Notes: a model not told the origin generated them from the sequence alone. A stretch of 47,236 bases of DNA from a bacterium UBA2214 (GCA_002327255.1 DCUM01000069.1:53061-100296); one strand, 5' to 3'. Positions 17,232 through 26,490 are shown, numbered from the stretch's first letter. A program made the numbers and translations.

Positions 17232-18287
17232 ATGTCCAATACACTTTCCGAGAACGAGTTGATGTTCGACCAGCTCTTCAGGAAACTCAAAAACGTCATC
17301 CCGGTTGCGGAAATCCGTCACAAGGCGGAATTGGCGGTGCAGATCAATCGGCTCAAAAAAGAGCGCCATGCCGTGATCCTCGGCCACAACTATATGGAAC
17401 CCGCGCTCTATCACTCGGTGCCGGATTTTCGCGGCGATTCGCTCGAATTGAGCCGGCGCGCCGCGGAAACCGACCAGGAGATCATCATCTTTTGCGGCGT
17501 CCGCTTCATGGCCGAGACCGCAAAAATCCTCAATCCCGCCAAAACGGTGCTCATCCCCTCGCCCAAGGCGGGCTGTTCGCTGGCGGAGAGCATCACGGCA
17601 GAGGACGTGCGGCAATTGAAACGGCTCTATCCCGGCGTGCCCGTCATCACCTATGTCAACACCTACGCCGATGTCAAGGCGGAGAGCGATGTCTGCTGCA
17701 CCTCCGGCAACGCCGCCGCCGTGGTGCGTTCCTTCAGGGACGAGACGGTGATCTTTTTGCCGGATCAGTATCTGGCGAGCAATGTGGCGCGGGAAACCGG
17801 CAAGCACATCATTTTTCCGGTCAAGAGTGCGGCGGGATTGATCAGGCCCGATCCCGGCCTCGAGTACGCCATGATCGGCTGGCAGGGGCGCTGCGAGGTG
17901 CATGAAAAATTCACGGTGGAAGACATCGAGAATATCCGCGCCCAGTTTCCCGATGTGGTCATCCTGGCGCATCCGGAATGCAGTCCGGAGGTCGTGGCGG
18001 CCAGCGATTTTTCCGGCAGTACATCGGCGATGATCCGCTATGTGCAGCAAACCCGGGCGCCCCATTATCTGCTGCTGACCGAATGCAGCATGGGTGACAA
18101 CATCGCCGCCGAGAATCCGGAAAAGGAGATGCTGCGTCTGTGTTCGGTGCGCTGTCCGCACATGAACGAGATCACCCTGGAGGATACGCTGCAGTCGCTG
18201 CTGCAGACGCGTTATGTGGTGACGGTGCCGGAAGAGATTCGCCTCAGGGCGCTGCGCGCGGTGGAGCGGATGCTGGAGATCGGATGA
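17232..18287 (+). CDS. nadA: Quinolinate synthase A
   Basis: ILGHNY, GDSLELS, FCGVRFMAETAKILNP, GCSLA, YVNT, CEVH, AHPEC and CPHM (three Fe-S cysteines). Start at ATG 17232 after AAGGA. Confidence 0.95.
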   Translation: MSNTLSENELMFDQLFRKLKNVIPVAEIRHKAELAVQINRLKKERHAVILGHNYMEPALYHSVPDFRGDSLELSRRAAETDQEIIIFCGVRFMAETAKILNPAKTVLIPSPKAGCSLAESITAEDVRQLKRLYPGVPVITYVNTYADVKAESDVCCTSGNAAAVVRSFRDETVIFLPDQYLASNVARETGKHIIFPVKSAAGLIRPDPGLEYAMIGWQGRCEVHEKFTVEDIENIRAQFPDVVILAHPECSPEVVAASDFSGSTSAMIRYVQQTRAPHYLLLTECSMGDNIAAENPEKEMLRLCSVRCPHMNEITLEDTLQSLLQTRYVVTVPEEIRLRALRAVERMLEIG

Positions 18288-18539
18288 TTTTTTGGGCGTG
18301 TCAGGGCAACAATCTGCACCGGCCTGCGAAAATGGGAACAGGCTGCTGCGGGCGAACAGACTCTCTCTTTGCATTTGCAGTGCGTCAGCCGGCGGTCGCG
18401 GCGTCTCTGTGCTGACGACGCTTTCACCCTGTGTATGCCGGCTTTGCAGCCGGCCCGCCATGCTGTCCGTGCCTGGACGGCCGCGCAGATGGCTCCCCAT
18501 TCGCATTGATTTTTTTATGACACCGTTGAAGGCATTCCC

Positions 18540-19457
18540 ATGCGCCAGAAAAGCGACCTCCTCATCCTCGGGGCCAGCGGATTCATCGGCTCGGCGCTGG
18601 CGCGTCATGCGCAGAGCCTCGGATTTGGTTATTCCTGTCTGCGTCACCGCAAGCGGCTCCCGGCTGATTTGCACCCGGAAACCGTTTATCTGAATTCCCT
18701 GCTGACCTTTCCCTGGCGCAGGCTGGAATCCGGTCCGCCGCGAATGATTTTTCATTTCGCCCGCATTCCCGGTTCGGGTCCCCTGGGCCGCTCCCTCGCT
18801 GCGCGGATGAGCGCCTTTGCCAACCGGCGTCTCCTGAAGTGGATGGAACGCCAGCCCGATCCGCCGCTTCTGATTCTTGCAGCCGGAACGCTGGCCTATG
18901 GCGCCGGCGCGGAAGATGCGGTGATGGAAGACCATCCGCTCCAGCCCACCGGATTCGCCCGTCACTACGCCGTTGGCGAACAGCCCATCGTCGCCGCCAT
19001 GGCGGCATCGAGCCTGCCCATTCAGATCGTACGGCCGGCGTGGGTCTATGGCGCGCGTTCCTGGTTGTCGGGTTTTTATCTTTTGCCGATGAAAATGAAG
19101 GGGACTGTGCCGCTCTACGGCGATGGCTCGAACTGGATGAGCCTGATCCACGTCGAGGATGCCGCGGGCCTGATGTGGCACATCGCCCGGCACGGCGCGC
19201 AGCGTCAGACCTACAATCTCATTGGCGGCGAGCCGGTGCGGCAGTTGCAGCTGGTGGAGGCCCTCGAATCCGTCAGCGGACTGCGCCGGCAGAGCGTGCG
19301 GCAAAAAGAGATGCCCTTCAGCGATCCCGCCATCTGGGAATCGCTGACGTTTTCGCAGCGCACCGCCAGCAAACATCTCGCCTTGTACCAGGGCTATCCA
19401 TACCGACATCCCCGATTGCAGGAAAGTCTGCAGGCTATCTGGGCGCACTTTTCTTGA
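18540..19457 (+). CDS. NAD-dependent epimerase/dehydratase family (atypical SDR)
   Basis: ILGASGFIG Rossmann motif, IVRPAWVYG, GDGSNWMSLIHVEDAA; no clear YxxxK. Confidence 0.8.
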   Translation: MRQKSDLLILGASGFIGSALARHAQSLGFGYSCLRHRKRLPADLHPETVYLNSLLTFPWRRLESGPPRMIFHFARIPGSGPLGRSLAARMSAFANRRLLKWMERQPDPPLLILAAGTLAYGAGAEDAVMEDHPLQPTGFARHYAVGEQPIVAAMAASSLPIQIVRPAWVYGARSWLSGFYLLPMKMKGTVPLYGDGSNWMSLIHVEDAAGLMWHIARHGAQRQTYNLIGGEPVRQLQLVEALESVSGLRRQSVRQKEMPFSDPAIWESLTFSQRTASKHLALYQGYPYRHPRLQESLQAIWAHFS

Positions 19458-19662
19458 CACCTTCCTTCTACTCCATATAGCGGATTTCATAATTTTTGCT
19501 GCCGCGTCCGCCGGCGGGCACACTCTGTCCAGAGAGGACGATGACCCATGGGAGGCAGCCCCCGCGTACGCCGGCCAGATTTTCCGGCGGCGTTGGACGG
19601 GGACAGTTGTAGGGATATGCCATGGGAGCCCACTCCCCTTGCCATATGGGAATTGCTGCTTT

Positions 19663-20319
19663 TTAGTGTTTTGTAGATTGCTTTTTCCGCAGCGTGCAGA
19701 TACTGTCGGGCAAGCCGGTGTGATAGACATAGGTGGGAAAATCGATGCGTTCGATATGATGGGTTTTTTGCAGCCGTTCAATCAATTCCGATTCAGCAGA
19801 GTAAGGCAGCAGCTTGAAACCGCCGCTCTCGAGAAAGACGCGCTTGTAACCGAACAACGTAGCACCGATGGTGCATTCCGAGAGATGGATGAGTTGCCCG
19901 GGGTGCCAGGCGTCTTCGACCCAATGGGATTCCTCGGGACCCTGCAGCACCACGCCGCCGTGGATGAGGTCCACGTCGTGTTGGCGCAGATAGCGCATGC
20001 GCAGCTCGAGGTGGGCCGGCAGATATTCATCGTCGGCATCGAGAAAAGTGACGACGTCGGCCAGCGCGGTGTGAAGACCGATGTTGCGCGAGGCGGCCAG
20101 CTTGCGATGGGCGTGCCTGAGGTAGCGCCATTGGGGGTGCGCGTCCAGCTGTGGAATAATCAGCGTTTCCAGGCCGTCCGAGCTGCCGTCGTCGATGATC
20201 AGCAATTCCCAATCGGCAAAAGTCTGACGCTCGACAGAATTGATAGCGCGCATCACCAGATGGCGGCGGTTGAAAACCGGCAGAATGATGGACACCGCCG
20301 GGGATATAACGTTTTCCAT
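19663..20319 (-). CDS. Glycosyltransferase family 2
   Basis: VSIILPVFNR, WELLIIDDGSSD, SRNIG and FLDADD (DxD). Confidence 0.9.
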   Translation of the reverse strand: MENVISPAVSIILPVFNRRHLVMRAINSVERQTFADWELLIIDDGSSDGLETLIIPQLDAHPQWRYLRHAHRKLAASRNIGLHTALADVVTFLDADDEYLPAHLELRMRYLRQHDVDLIHGGVVLQGPEESHWVEDAWHPGQLIHLSECTIGATLFGYKRVFLESGGFKLLPYSAESELIERLQKTHHIERIDFPTYVYHTGLPDSICTLRKKQSTKH

Positions 20320-20524
20320 TTGCCCTGACCTGTTACGGTATCAATCCGGCATGGACCCGAAACGGGGAAGAAGAAACGTTCCCCCACATCACACGATGAA
20401 CCGCGGGTTGCCTCCGATGGGCTCATCGAACCCTGCCTGATTTGACTTGTCATCCCATTGGAGCGTCTGAAAGCACGGCCGTTTTCGGGCTTTCTTTCCC
20501 CTGCACCTATCGGTCTCCGCTGCC

Positions 20525-20558
20525 GTGACGCATTCAGGCGCTGCGTCGAATGCGTCAC
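20525..20558. repeat. Perfect 11-bp inverted repeat (terminator- or REP-like) just downstream of the serine hydrolase gene
   Basis: GTGACGCATTC...GAATGCGTCAC. Confidence 0.55.
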
Positions 20559-20561
20559 CGG

Positions 20562-21986
20562 TCAATGCATTTTCACCGGCAGCCAGTAATTCTCGCCCTT
20601 CCAGAGCTTGACGATTCGTCCGTCCGCATCCCTTTCAAAACGCACCAGCTCGCCGTTGTTTTTCTGGCGAAAGCGATCCTGTTCCAGAGGAATCAGCTCC
20701 GTGACGCCGCCGCTGGGCGATTCATTGGCCGGATAGCTGTATTCATAAAAAACCAGTTTTCCGCCGAGCTGCATCACCCTGGCGCGCCAGCCCCAGTTGT
20801 CGCGATAATCTCCCGCGAGGGCCGGCCAGCCGCTGCGATCCACCGCTTTTTCCGGTTCAGCGGGCCGCTCCTTCAACAGCAGCGGCGCCACTTCATCGTA
20901 TATTTTATAGGCGAAGGCAGCCGGATCGCCATCCGAGCAATTGAGCAGCACCACCACGCCGATCTTATCCTTGACACAAAAAGTGATCTGGCTTTTATAG
21001 CCCGCCACCCAGCCGCCATGACCGACAAAGGTCTTGTCGCCGCGTTTGCGCACGCCAAATCCGAGTCCCCAACCGCTGTTCCAATCCGGCTGCACCCAAT
21101 GGGCGCGGTGCATCTCACGCAGGGAATAGGAGGAGAGTATCTTGCTCTCCTCGCCGCGCCCCTCGCGCAGGTGCGCACTGACATAGCTCGTCAAATCCTC
21201 GACATTGGAGACGATATTGGCCGCGGGGATCAGTGCGCCGGACTCGGGAAAGTCGAGGCGGTTGCGGGTTCCATCCGGCTGGCGGTAATCGTAGGAAGCG
21301 GCGAGATGTTTGCGTTGTTCCGCCGGCAGGATCACGAAGGAACGCTTCATCTGCAGCGGTGCAAAGATATTTTTTTCGATAAACCGTTCATAGGGTTCGC
21401 CGGCCGCAGCGGCCACCACTTCACCCGCCACCGCAAGGCCCAGATTGGAGTAGGCATGGCGCACCACGGGCGGATTGATCAGGGACTGCCCCGGCAGGGC
21501 AGTTATCAACTGCTCGCGTGTGGGAAAGAGGTGATCGGTCCAGTAGGGGAAAGCGGCCTCACGCGGGAGGCCTGAAGTATGGGTGAGCAGGTTGCGGATC
21601 GTGATCGGCGGCTCGCCGCTGAACTCGTTTTGCGGCTGGAACCAGGGCAGATACTGCACCACCGGATCATCCAGTTTGAGGCGGCCCATCTCCTGCAGTT
21701 TCAGGATGGCGGTCGCGGTGAAGGTTTTGGTGATGGAGGCGATGCGCGACAGGGTCTGCGGGGTCATGGGTATTTTCTGCGCTGCATCCGCATAGCCAAA
21801 ACCCTGTTGCCAGACCAACGCCCCGTCGGAGACCACGCCGACGGCCAATCCCGGAATGCCCTCATAGGCCATCTTCTCTTCGATCCAGACGCTCACCAAA
21901 GAGACCTGTGACGTCAGCTCATCGGTCTGCGCCAGGAGCGGATGGCACAGTGAAACGGCGCAGAATAGCAGCACAACTTTTTTCAT
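20562..21986 (-). CDS. Secreted serine hydrolase, beta-lactamase class C/AmpC-like family
   Basis: Signal peptide, IASITK (SxxK), LLTHTSGL, YSN and HGG motifs; AGGAG RBS. Confidence 0.9.
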   Translation of the reverse strand: MKKVVLLFCAVSLCHPLLAQTDELTSQVSLVSVWIEEKMAYEGIPGLAVGVVSDGALVWQQGFGYADAAQKIPMTPQTLSRIASITKTFTATAILKLQEMGRLKLDDPVVQYLPWFQPQNEFSGEPPITIRNLLTHTSGLPREAAFPYWTDHLFPTREQLITALPGQSLINPPVVRHAYSNLGLAVAGEVVAAAAGEPYERFIEKNIFAPLQMKRSFVILPAEQRKHLAASYDYRQPDGTRNRLDFPESGALIPAANIVSNVEDLTSYVSAHLREGRGEESKILSSYSLREMHRAHWVQPDWNSGWGLGFGVRKRGDKTFVGHGGWVAGYKSQITFCVKDKIGVVVLLNCSDGDPAAFAYKIYDEVAPLLLKERPAEPEKAVDRSGWPALAGDYRDNWGWRARVMQLGGKLVFYEYSYPANESPSGGVTELIPLEQDRFRQKNNGELVRFERDADGRIVKLWKGENYWLPVKMH

Positions 21987-22125
21987 GATGAAACTCCTCC
22001 CTGGCTAATCGCGTCTGTGCGTTGTTCTGACTGCTCTTGCCTTCAATTTACACATATCGCATGAAAATGCCAAGAAATTCATGCCGCAATTGCCGTTTTC
22101 AGGAGCCCGGGTGGCATCAACCCGC

Positions 22126-22154
22126 TTGACTCTTGCCATGAAAAGAGGTATATT
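22126..22154 (+). promoter_or_regulatory. Putative sigma70 promoter upstream of ccmE
   Basis: TTGACT-17 nt-TATATT. Confidence 0.55.
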
Positions 22155-22353
22155 TTGTGCATGCTGCCATAAACGGCAGCATCCGCCGACCGAACCGGCC
22201 GGTGTGACAAAACGATTAGGTCCTGATATTTCGTTTCACCCAATCCTGCAGGATAAAAGTTATTTTAATGTTTTTATTTACGCTGCGCCTCCCGGCTTCC
22301 CCGGCGGCAAATCATTCAGGAGAGCATGCGGTTAAAAAATCTCGGGAGATGCT

Positions 22354-22764
22354 ATGAAACCGAAAATTATCATTGGAGTGGTTATTATCATCGCAGCGCT
22401 CGCGTATCTGCTGGTCAGCGGATTCCGGGAGAGTTCGGTCTATTATATGACGGTTTCGGAAGTATTGGAGCAAAAGGGAGAGATCCAGGGGCAAGGGCTG
22501 CGCGTCAGCGGCTATGTCAATCCCGCCACTATCGACTGGGATGCGCAAGCCATCAGGGTCAGTTTCACCATGGTCGAAGGCAGCGATTCCCTGCGGGTGC
22601 ATTACAACGGCGTCAAGCCGGATCAGCTGGCGGATGCTCAGCAGGTGCTGGCGGAGGGGAAACTGGCAGAGGATGGCAGTTTTAACGCTTCCAAACTGCT
22701 GCTCAAATGTCCCTCGAAATACGAAACCAGACTGGAACAAGACCAGGCGCGACGCAGCTATTGA
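22354..22764 (+). CDS. ccmE: Cytochrome c maturation heme chaperone CcmE, CxxxY variant
   Basis: N-terminal TM helix, VYYMTVSE, LRVSG, V-x-Y-x-G-x-x-PD and LLKCPSKYE. Confidence 0.88.
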   Translation: MKPKIIIGVVIIIAALAYLLVSGFRESSVYYMTVSEVLEQKGEIQGQGLRVSGYVNPATIDWDAQAIRVSFTMVEGSDSLRVHYNGVKPDQLADAQQVLAEGKLAEDGSFNASKLLLKCPSKYETRLEQDQARRSY

Positions 22765-22860
22765 AGACACGCCAGAAGTCTAATGGAATTTAAGTTTTGG
22801 TAACAGGCTATTGATTACAAGATAATTTAAATTTTGGCACCCAAAGCAGTACTTTAATAA

Positions 22861-23106
22861 GGTTCATCCGGCAAATGAGTACTTGGTTAACCGCCAAGAG
22901 CGCCGAGATGTATCCCAAATGAAGTATATTCATTCTCATTATAATTATTTACATACCTTTTCAAGTCCTCTTTTAAGCGTAAGACCTTAAAATGAATAAG
23001 CAATCCTACACGCTAAGTTTCATATTGAACTATATTCTCCAAATCCCTTGGCGTTCCTCGGTGCTTTCTCGGCGGTTCATTCAGGTACGCATTTTTCGGA
23101 TGATCC
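22861..23106. mobile_element. MITE-like element (246 bp) with 25-bp imperfect TIRs and an 8-bp target-site duplication
   Basis: Left end GGTTCATCCGGCAAATGAGTACTTG versus reverse complement of right end GGATCATCCGAAAAATGCGTACCTG (20/25). TTTAATAA flanks both ends (22853-22860 and 23107-23114). AT-rich interior. Confidence 0.75.
22940..23023 (-). pseudogene. Remnant of the 3' end of a GxxExxY (PD-(D/E)xK-like) protein gene
   Basis: Minus strand reads MKLS, then after a frameshift RVGLLIHFKVLRLKEDLKRYVNN. This resembles the recalled GxxExxY C-terminus (YxKLs...GLLINFnv..Lk.gikR.vn). Flanked by AACCGCC(A/G)AG-type inverted repeats. Confidence 0.55.
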
Positions 23107-23159
23107 TTTAATAAAATCAAATGCTCACCATTAAGATTCGACAGGCTCCCGGAAAGCAT

Positions 23160-23196
23160 AAAAAGCCGGTGCAGTCGCCTTCTGTACCGGCTTTTT
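23160..23196. terminator. Bidirectional intrinsic terminator between ccmE and lemA
   Basis: AAAAAGCCGGTGCAG-loop-CTGTACCGGCTTTTT. Confidence 0.8.
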
Positions 23197-23315
23197 GAAT
23201 TATACTGCCCTTCCTGGTTTCCGGGAGTAACCTCATCAGGTTTCTTGTCGCATACCGCTTGCTGTCATACGGAAACGGGCAACTGGCACTGAAACAATCC
23301 GGCTGCTGGTGGCCA

Positions 23316-23496
23316 CTGCTTGCTTGCTGCTGCCTGCTGGCACCTGCCTTCCGCCTTCCGCCTTCTGCCCACTGCCAGCCGGGGCCATGGCCGAGCTGGC
23401 GCTCGGCGATCCCGGGCAGCAATCCGCTGCCTGCTGCCCAGTGCCTGCTGCCGACTGTCCACTGCTTACTGCGCACTGCCAACTGACTACTGCCTG
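23316..23496. repeat. Two arrays of degenerate 7-bp tandem repeats (CTGCCNN)
   Basis: About 9 units at 23316-23378 and 10 units at 23427-23496 (ctgcctg ctgccca gtgcctg ctgccga ctgtcca ctgctta ctgcgca ctgccaa ctgacta ctgcctg), abutting the lemA stop. Confidence 0.8.
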
Positions 23497-24105
23497 CTAT
23501 TTGTTCCCCATGCCGCTGAAATCGACTTTCGGGGCAGTCTTGGCTTCTGCGGGCGCTTCGAAATAGGGTTTCTGTTGAAAACCGAGCATAGCGGCGATGA
23601 CGACGGTCGGGAAGGCGCGCATTTTTTGATTATAGCTCTGCACCGATTCGTTGTAGCGGCGCCGTTCCACGGCGATGCGGTTTTCCGTGCCGGCCAGTTC
23701 ATCCTGGAGTCGCAGAAAATTTTCATTGGCCTTCAATTGCGGGTACTGTTCCACAACGACCATCAGCCGCGCCAGCGACGAAGAGAGGCCATTCTGGGCG
23801 TCCATATATTTGGCGAGTTCCCCGGCATCCATGTTGGCGGGATTGATCTGGGTTTTGGTGGCATTGGCGCGGGCGTTAATCACCGCTTCCAGCGTCTCGC
23901 GTTCAAACTGGGCATACCCTTTGACAGTCTCGACCAGATTGGGGATGAGATCCATGCGGCGCTGGAGTACATTCTCCACCTGTGCCCATGAATTCTTGAC
24001 CCCCTCATCGAGGACGACCAGGTTGTTGTAGGTATTTTTAATCATCCACCCCAAAATGAGTGCCACAACGACCAATACGATGGTTATTTTCAGTCCTTTT
24101 GTCAT
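23497..24105 (-). CDS. lemA: LemA family protein
   Basis: TM helix followed by YNNLV..DE...WAQVEN.LQRR.DLIPNLVETVKGYA, YPQLKANENF..LQDELAGTENRIAVERRRYN. Confidence 0.95.
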   Translation of the reverse strand: MTKGLKITIVLVVVALILGWMIKNTYNNLVVLDEGVKNSWAQVENVLQRRMDLIPNLVETVKGYAQFERETLEAVINARANATKTQINPANMDAGELAKYMDAQNGLSSSLARLMVVVEQYPQLKANENFLRLQDELAGTENRIAVERRRYNESVQSYNQKMRAFPTVVIAAMLGFQQKPYFEAPAEAKTAPKVDFSGMGNK

Positions 24106-24119
24106 GATGACCTCCCGGG

Positions 24120-24848
24120 TTATTTCATTTCATCGACCAGCAGAGCCAGTTTGCGCATCTGCATGATATAAATTTCAATCAGTTTTATAAGCTCGTCCGC
24201 GGAGAGACGAGACTGTTTTTCATAAATCTGCAGCATCTGTTCGAACAGTCCCAGATCGAGCCCATAGGCTTTGGCCGTTTCGAGAATAATTTGGTTGGGA
24301 AGAGATGGCGGTTCGATCTCTTTGAGCAGTAAAAGGCCTTTGAAAACAGCAGCAAATACCGGCAGGCTCTTTTCGATCAGCATTTCCAGCGCCTTGCGAT
24401 TGCCCAGGGTGGCGAGAAACTCCTTGCGCAGATGAAGCAGTTTACCCTTCAACTGCGTCTCGCATTCCAGGCGAATATGTTCGCGGGGAATCTCCACCTG
24501 GCGCAGGACATCCTCTCCGTAAATCACGTGATAGTTCTTCTTGAAATTAACGAACTCGAGCGGGAAGCTGTCCAGCGAGTTTTCGATATATTGCCGTGTC
24601 ATGATCAGGGGTACGGAGACGTTGATGCGCTGCCACTTTTCGATCAGGGGGAAACACGCCGACAGGTGTTGTATGCCGGTTTCACTGAGGATGATGAGGA
24701 AATTGATGTCTGATTTTTTCGGCACATAGGCGCCGCTGGCGCCGCTGCCGAAGAGAATCACTGCGACCAGTTCGTCGCCAAACGTATTTTTATAGTCCCG
24801 GGCAAACGCCTCGGTAATTTCCATGGGCGAATCGGGAATTTTCGCCAT
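24120..24848 (-). CDS. Nucleotidyltransferase-fold protein (DxD altered to DxN) in the TPM/lemA operon
   Basis: LVAVILFGSGASG....KSDINFLII and DSFPLEF, followed by a helical C-terminal domain. Confidence 0.7.
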   Translation of the reverse strand: MAKIPDSPMEITEAFARDYKNTFGDELVAVILFGSGASGAYVPKKSDINFLIILSETGIQHLSACFPLIEKWQRINVSVPLIMTRQYIENSLDSFPLEFVNFKKNYHVIYGEDVLRQVEIPREHIRLECETQLKGKLLHLRKEFLATLGNRKALEMLIEKSLPVFAAVFKGLLLLKEIEPPSLPNQIILETAKAYGLDLGLFEQMLQIYEKQSRLSADELIKLIEIYIMQMRKLALLVDEMK

Positions 24849-24875
24849 GCCGTTTCTCCTTGCTTGATAGTTGGA

Positions 24876-25661
24876 TCAATACCCGCCGCCGGCACCGCCG
24901 CCGCCGGACATGCCACCGCCGAAGCCACCGAACCCACCACCGCCACCGCCGAAGCCGCCGCCGAAACCGCCGCTGCCAAATCCACCGCCAAAGCCCCCCC
25001 AATCGCCGTGACGGCGGCTGCTGGTGAAGGGGCCACTGCCCCAGGTAGTGCCGGGATGCATCTTGTTGCGAATCATCAGGATGATGAGAATGAGGGCGAT
25101 GACGAAGCAGAAAAGCGATGCGCCGGAGTCATCACCCGAACCCGCACGCGGTGCGATGGTCTCGCCGGTAAAGGTGACGTTGTATTCCTGTGCGACCAGC
25201 CCGGCCAGCGCCTGCACCGCTTCGAGAAATCCCTTGCCATAGTCTCCCTGACGCAGGTTGGGGGCGAGCTGTTCGCGGTAGATATCGCCGGCACGCGCAT
25301 CGTTGATGAACCCCTCGACGCCGTAGCCGGTTTCGATCCAGAGCTTGCGATCGTCGACGACGTTGAAAATCAGGACGCCCTTGTCTTCACCCTTTTTGCC
25401 GATGCCCCAGGTTTCATAAAGCCGGTTGGCATAATCGCTATACTCCTCATCACCGATGGTGGGCATGGTGCAGACCACCAGGGCCACCCCGGTCTTGTCC
25501 CAGACTTCAATGGCCAGGCTCTCGATCTGTTTGGCATACTCGGCGGGGATGACATTGGCAAAATCGTTGACGGCGCCGCGCCGCTGTGGGAATTCGCTGG
25601 CGGACCAGCAGGACACCGCCGTGCAGAAGAGGATAAAAAGAGGGAGATATCTTTTTCGCAT
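24876..25661 (-). CDS. TPM domain (YgcG-like) membrane protein with Gly-rich tail
   Basis: VNDFANVI, WGIGKKGEDKGVLI, IETGYGVEG, a TM helix and a GGFGGG...SGGGGAGGGY tail. Confidence 0.92.
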   Translation of the reverse strand: MRKRYLPLFILFCTAVSCWSASEFPQRRGAVNDFANVIPAEYAKQIESLAIEVWDKTGVALVVCTMPTIGDEEYSDYANRLYETWGIGKKGEDKGVLIFNVVDDRKLWIETGYGVEGFINDARAGDIYREQLAPNLRQGDYGKGFLEAVQALAGLVAQEYNVTFTGETIAPRAGSGDDSGASLFCFVIALILIILMIRNKMHPGTTWGSGPFTSSRRHGDWGGFGGGFGSGGFGGGFGGGGGGFGGFGGGMSGGGGAGGGY

Positions 25662-25735
25662 GCCATTATCTCTCGGAATAGAACATTTTATTAAAGTACA
25701 TCATTTCATGCGCAAATGCAAGTGATAATCTCGTG

Positions 25736-26182
25736 TCAGCCGGATGCTGTCGCGGCGCTGGAACGCAGGAGGTCAGCGAACAGGGGCGGCAAGCGCGTCG
25801 GGCGGCGGCGCTGGTAATCGAACGCCGCCAGAACCGTGTATCCTTCAGCGGCCAAAACGCCATCCACCGGACGCCAGACTGCATAGTGAAGCCGGAATCG
25901 CGCTTTGCCCACTTCATCCACCCGGATACGGATTTCCACGACCTCCCCGAGAAAAAGTTCGGCCTTATAGTGGACATACGCCTCCGTCTGCGTCAGGCCG
26001 ATGCCATCGCCGATGTCGGCCTCGCTCACGCCCAGAGCCGAGAGGTAGTGCACCCGGGCCTCATGAAAGTAGGCGAGCATTTTGTCGTTGGCCAAATGTC
26101 CGCCGTAATTGAGGTCCGTGACCCGGACTTTCAGGGTCGTTGCAAAGTCCATGGAGCGCGCGGTGTGTTTCATTTCCATCAT
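25736..26182 (-). CDS. Acyl-CoA thioesterase (4HBT/YbgC hotdog family)
   Basis: VRVTDLNYGGHLAND...YFHEAR. Confidence 0.88.
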   Translation of the reverse strand: MMEMKHTARSMDFATTLKVRVTDLNYGGHLANDKMLAYFHEARVHYLSALGVSEADIGDGIGLTQTEAYVHYKAELFLGEVVEIRIRVDEVGKARFRLHYAVWRPVDGVLAAEGYTVLAAFDYQRRRPTRLPPLFADLLRSSAATASG

Positions 26183-26335
26183 CTATCCATATGTTTTGGT
26201 TCTGCCGGTCAGCGCCGTTTTATTCTCTGCGATTTTGGCGCTGATGCGACGACGGAATTTTTTCCCTGATTTCATTTGCAGGTATGGCATATTTTTTATA
26301 CTTTAAACCAATATACAAAAAACAACCGCGATCTG

Positions 26336-26370
26336 CGCAAAAATTAATTTCGCAAAAATTGTTCGCAATC
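26336..26370. promoter_or_regulatory. Direct repeats, possible transcription-factor binding site
   Basis: CGCAAAAATT at 26336 and 26351, and partial CGCAAT at 26364, in an AT-rich divergent promoter region. Confidence 0.4.
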
Positions 26371-26490
26371 ACAATACTTTGTCGGTATATATCAGCACAG
26401 AGCGACAAAGAAGACACGCCAGGCTCTGCTTAACAGGCAACAGTCGCCAGGACCTTTTGGCCACGAACCATCATCATAGTAGGAGGCAGC

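Noticed and set aside
17205-19781. 858-aa minus-strand ORF
   Set aside because: Antisense shadow of nadA and the epimerase gene in GC-rich DNA; no recognisable motifs
23117-23486. Short ORFs with Cys/Leu- or Gln/Trp-rich periodicity
   Set aside because: Translation artefacts of the 7-bp tandem repeats
23316-23496. Possible CRISPR array
   Set aside because: 7-bp units with no unique spacers and no cas genes
24879-25010. CCGCCG-rich repeat
   Set aside because: Simply encodes the Gly-rich tail typical of TPM proteins
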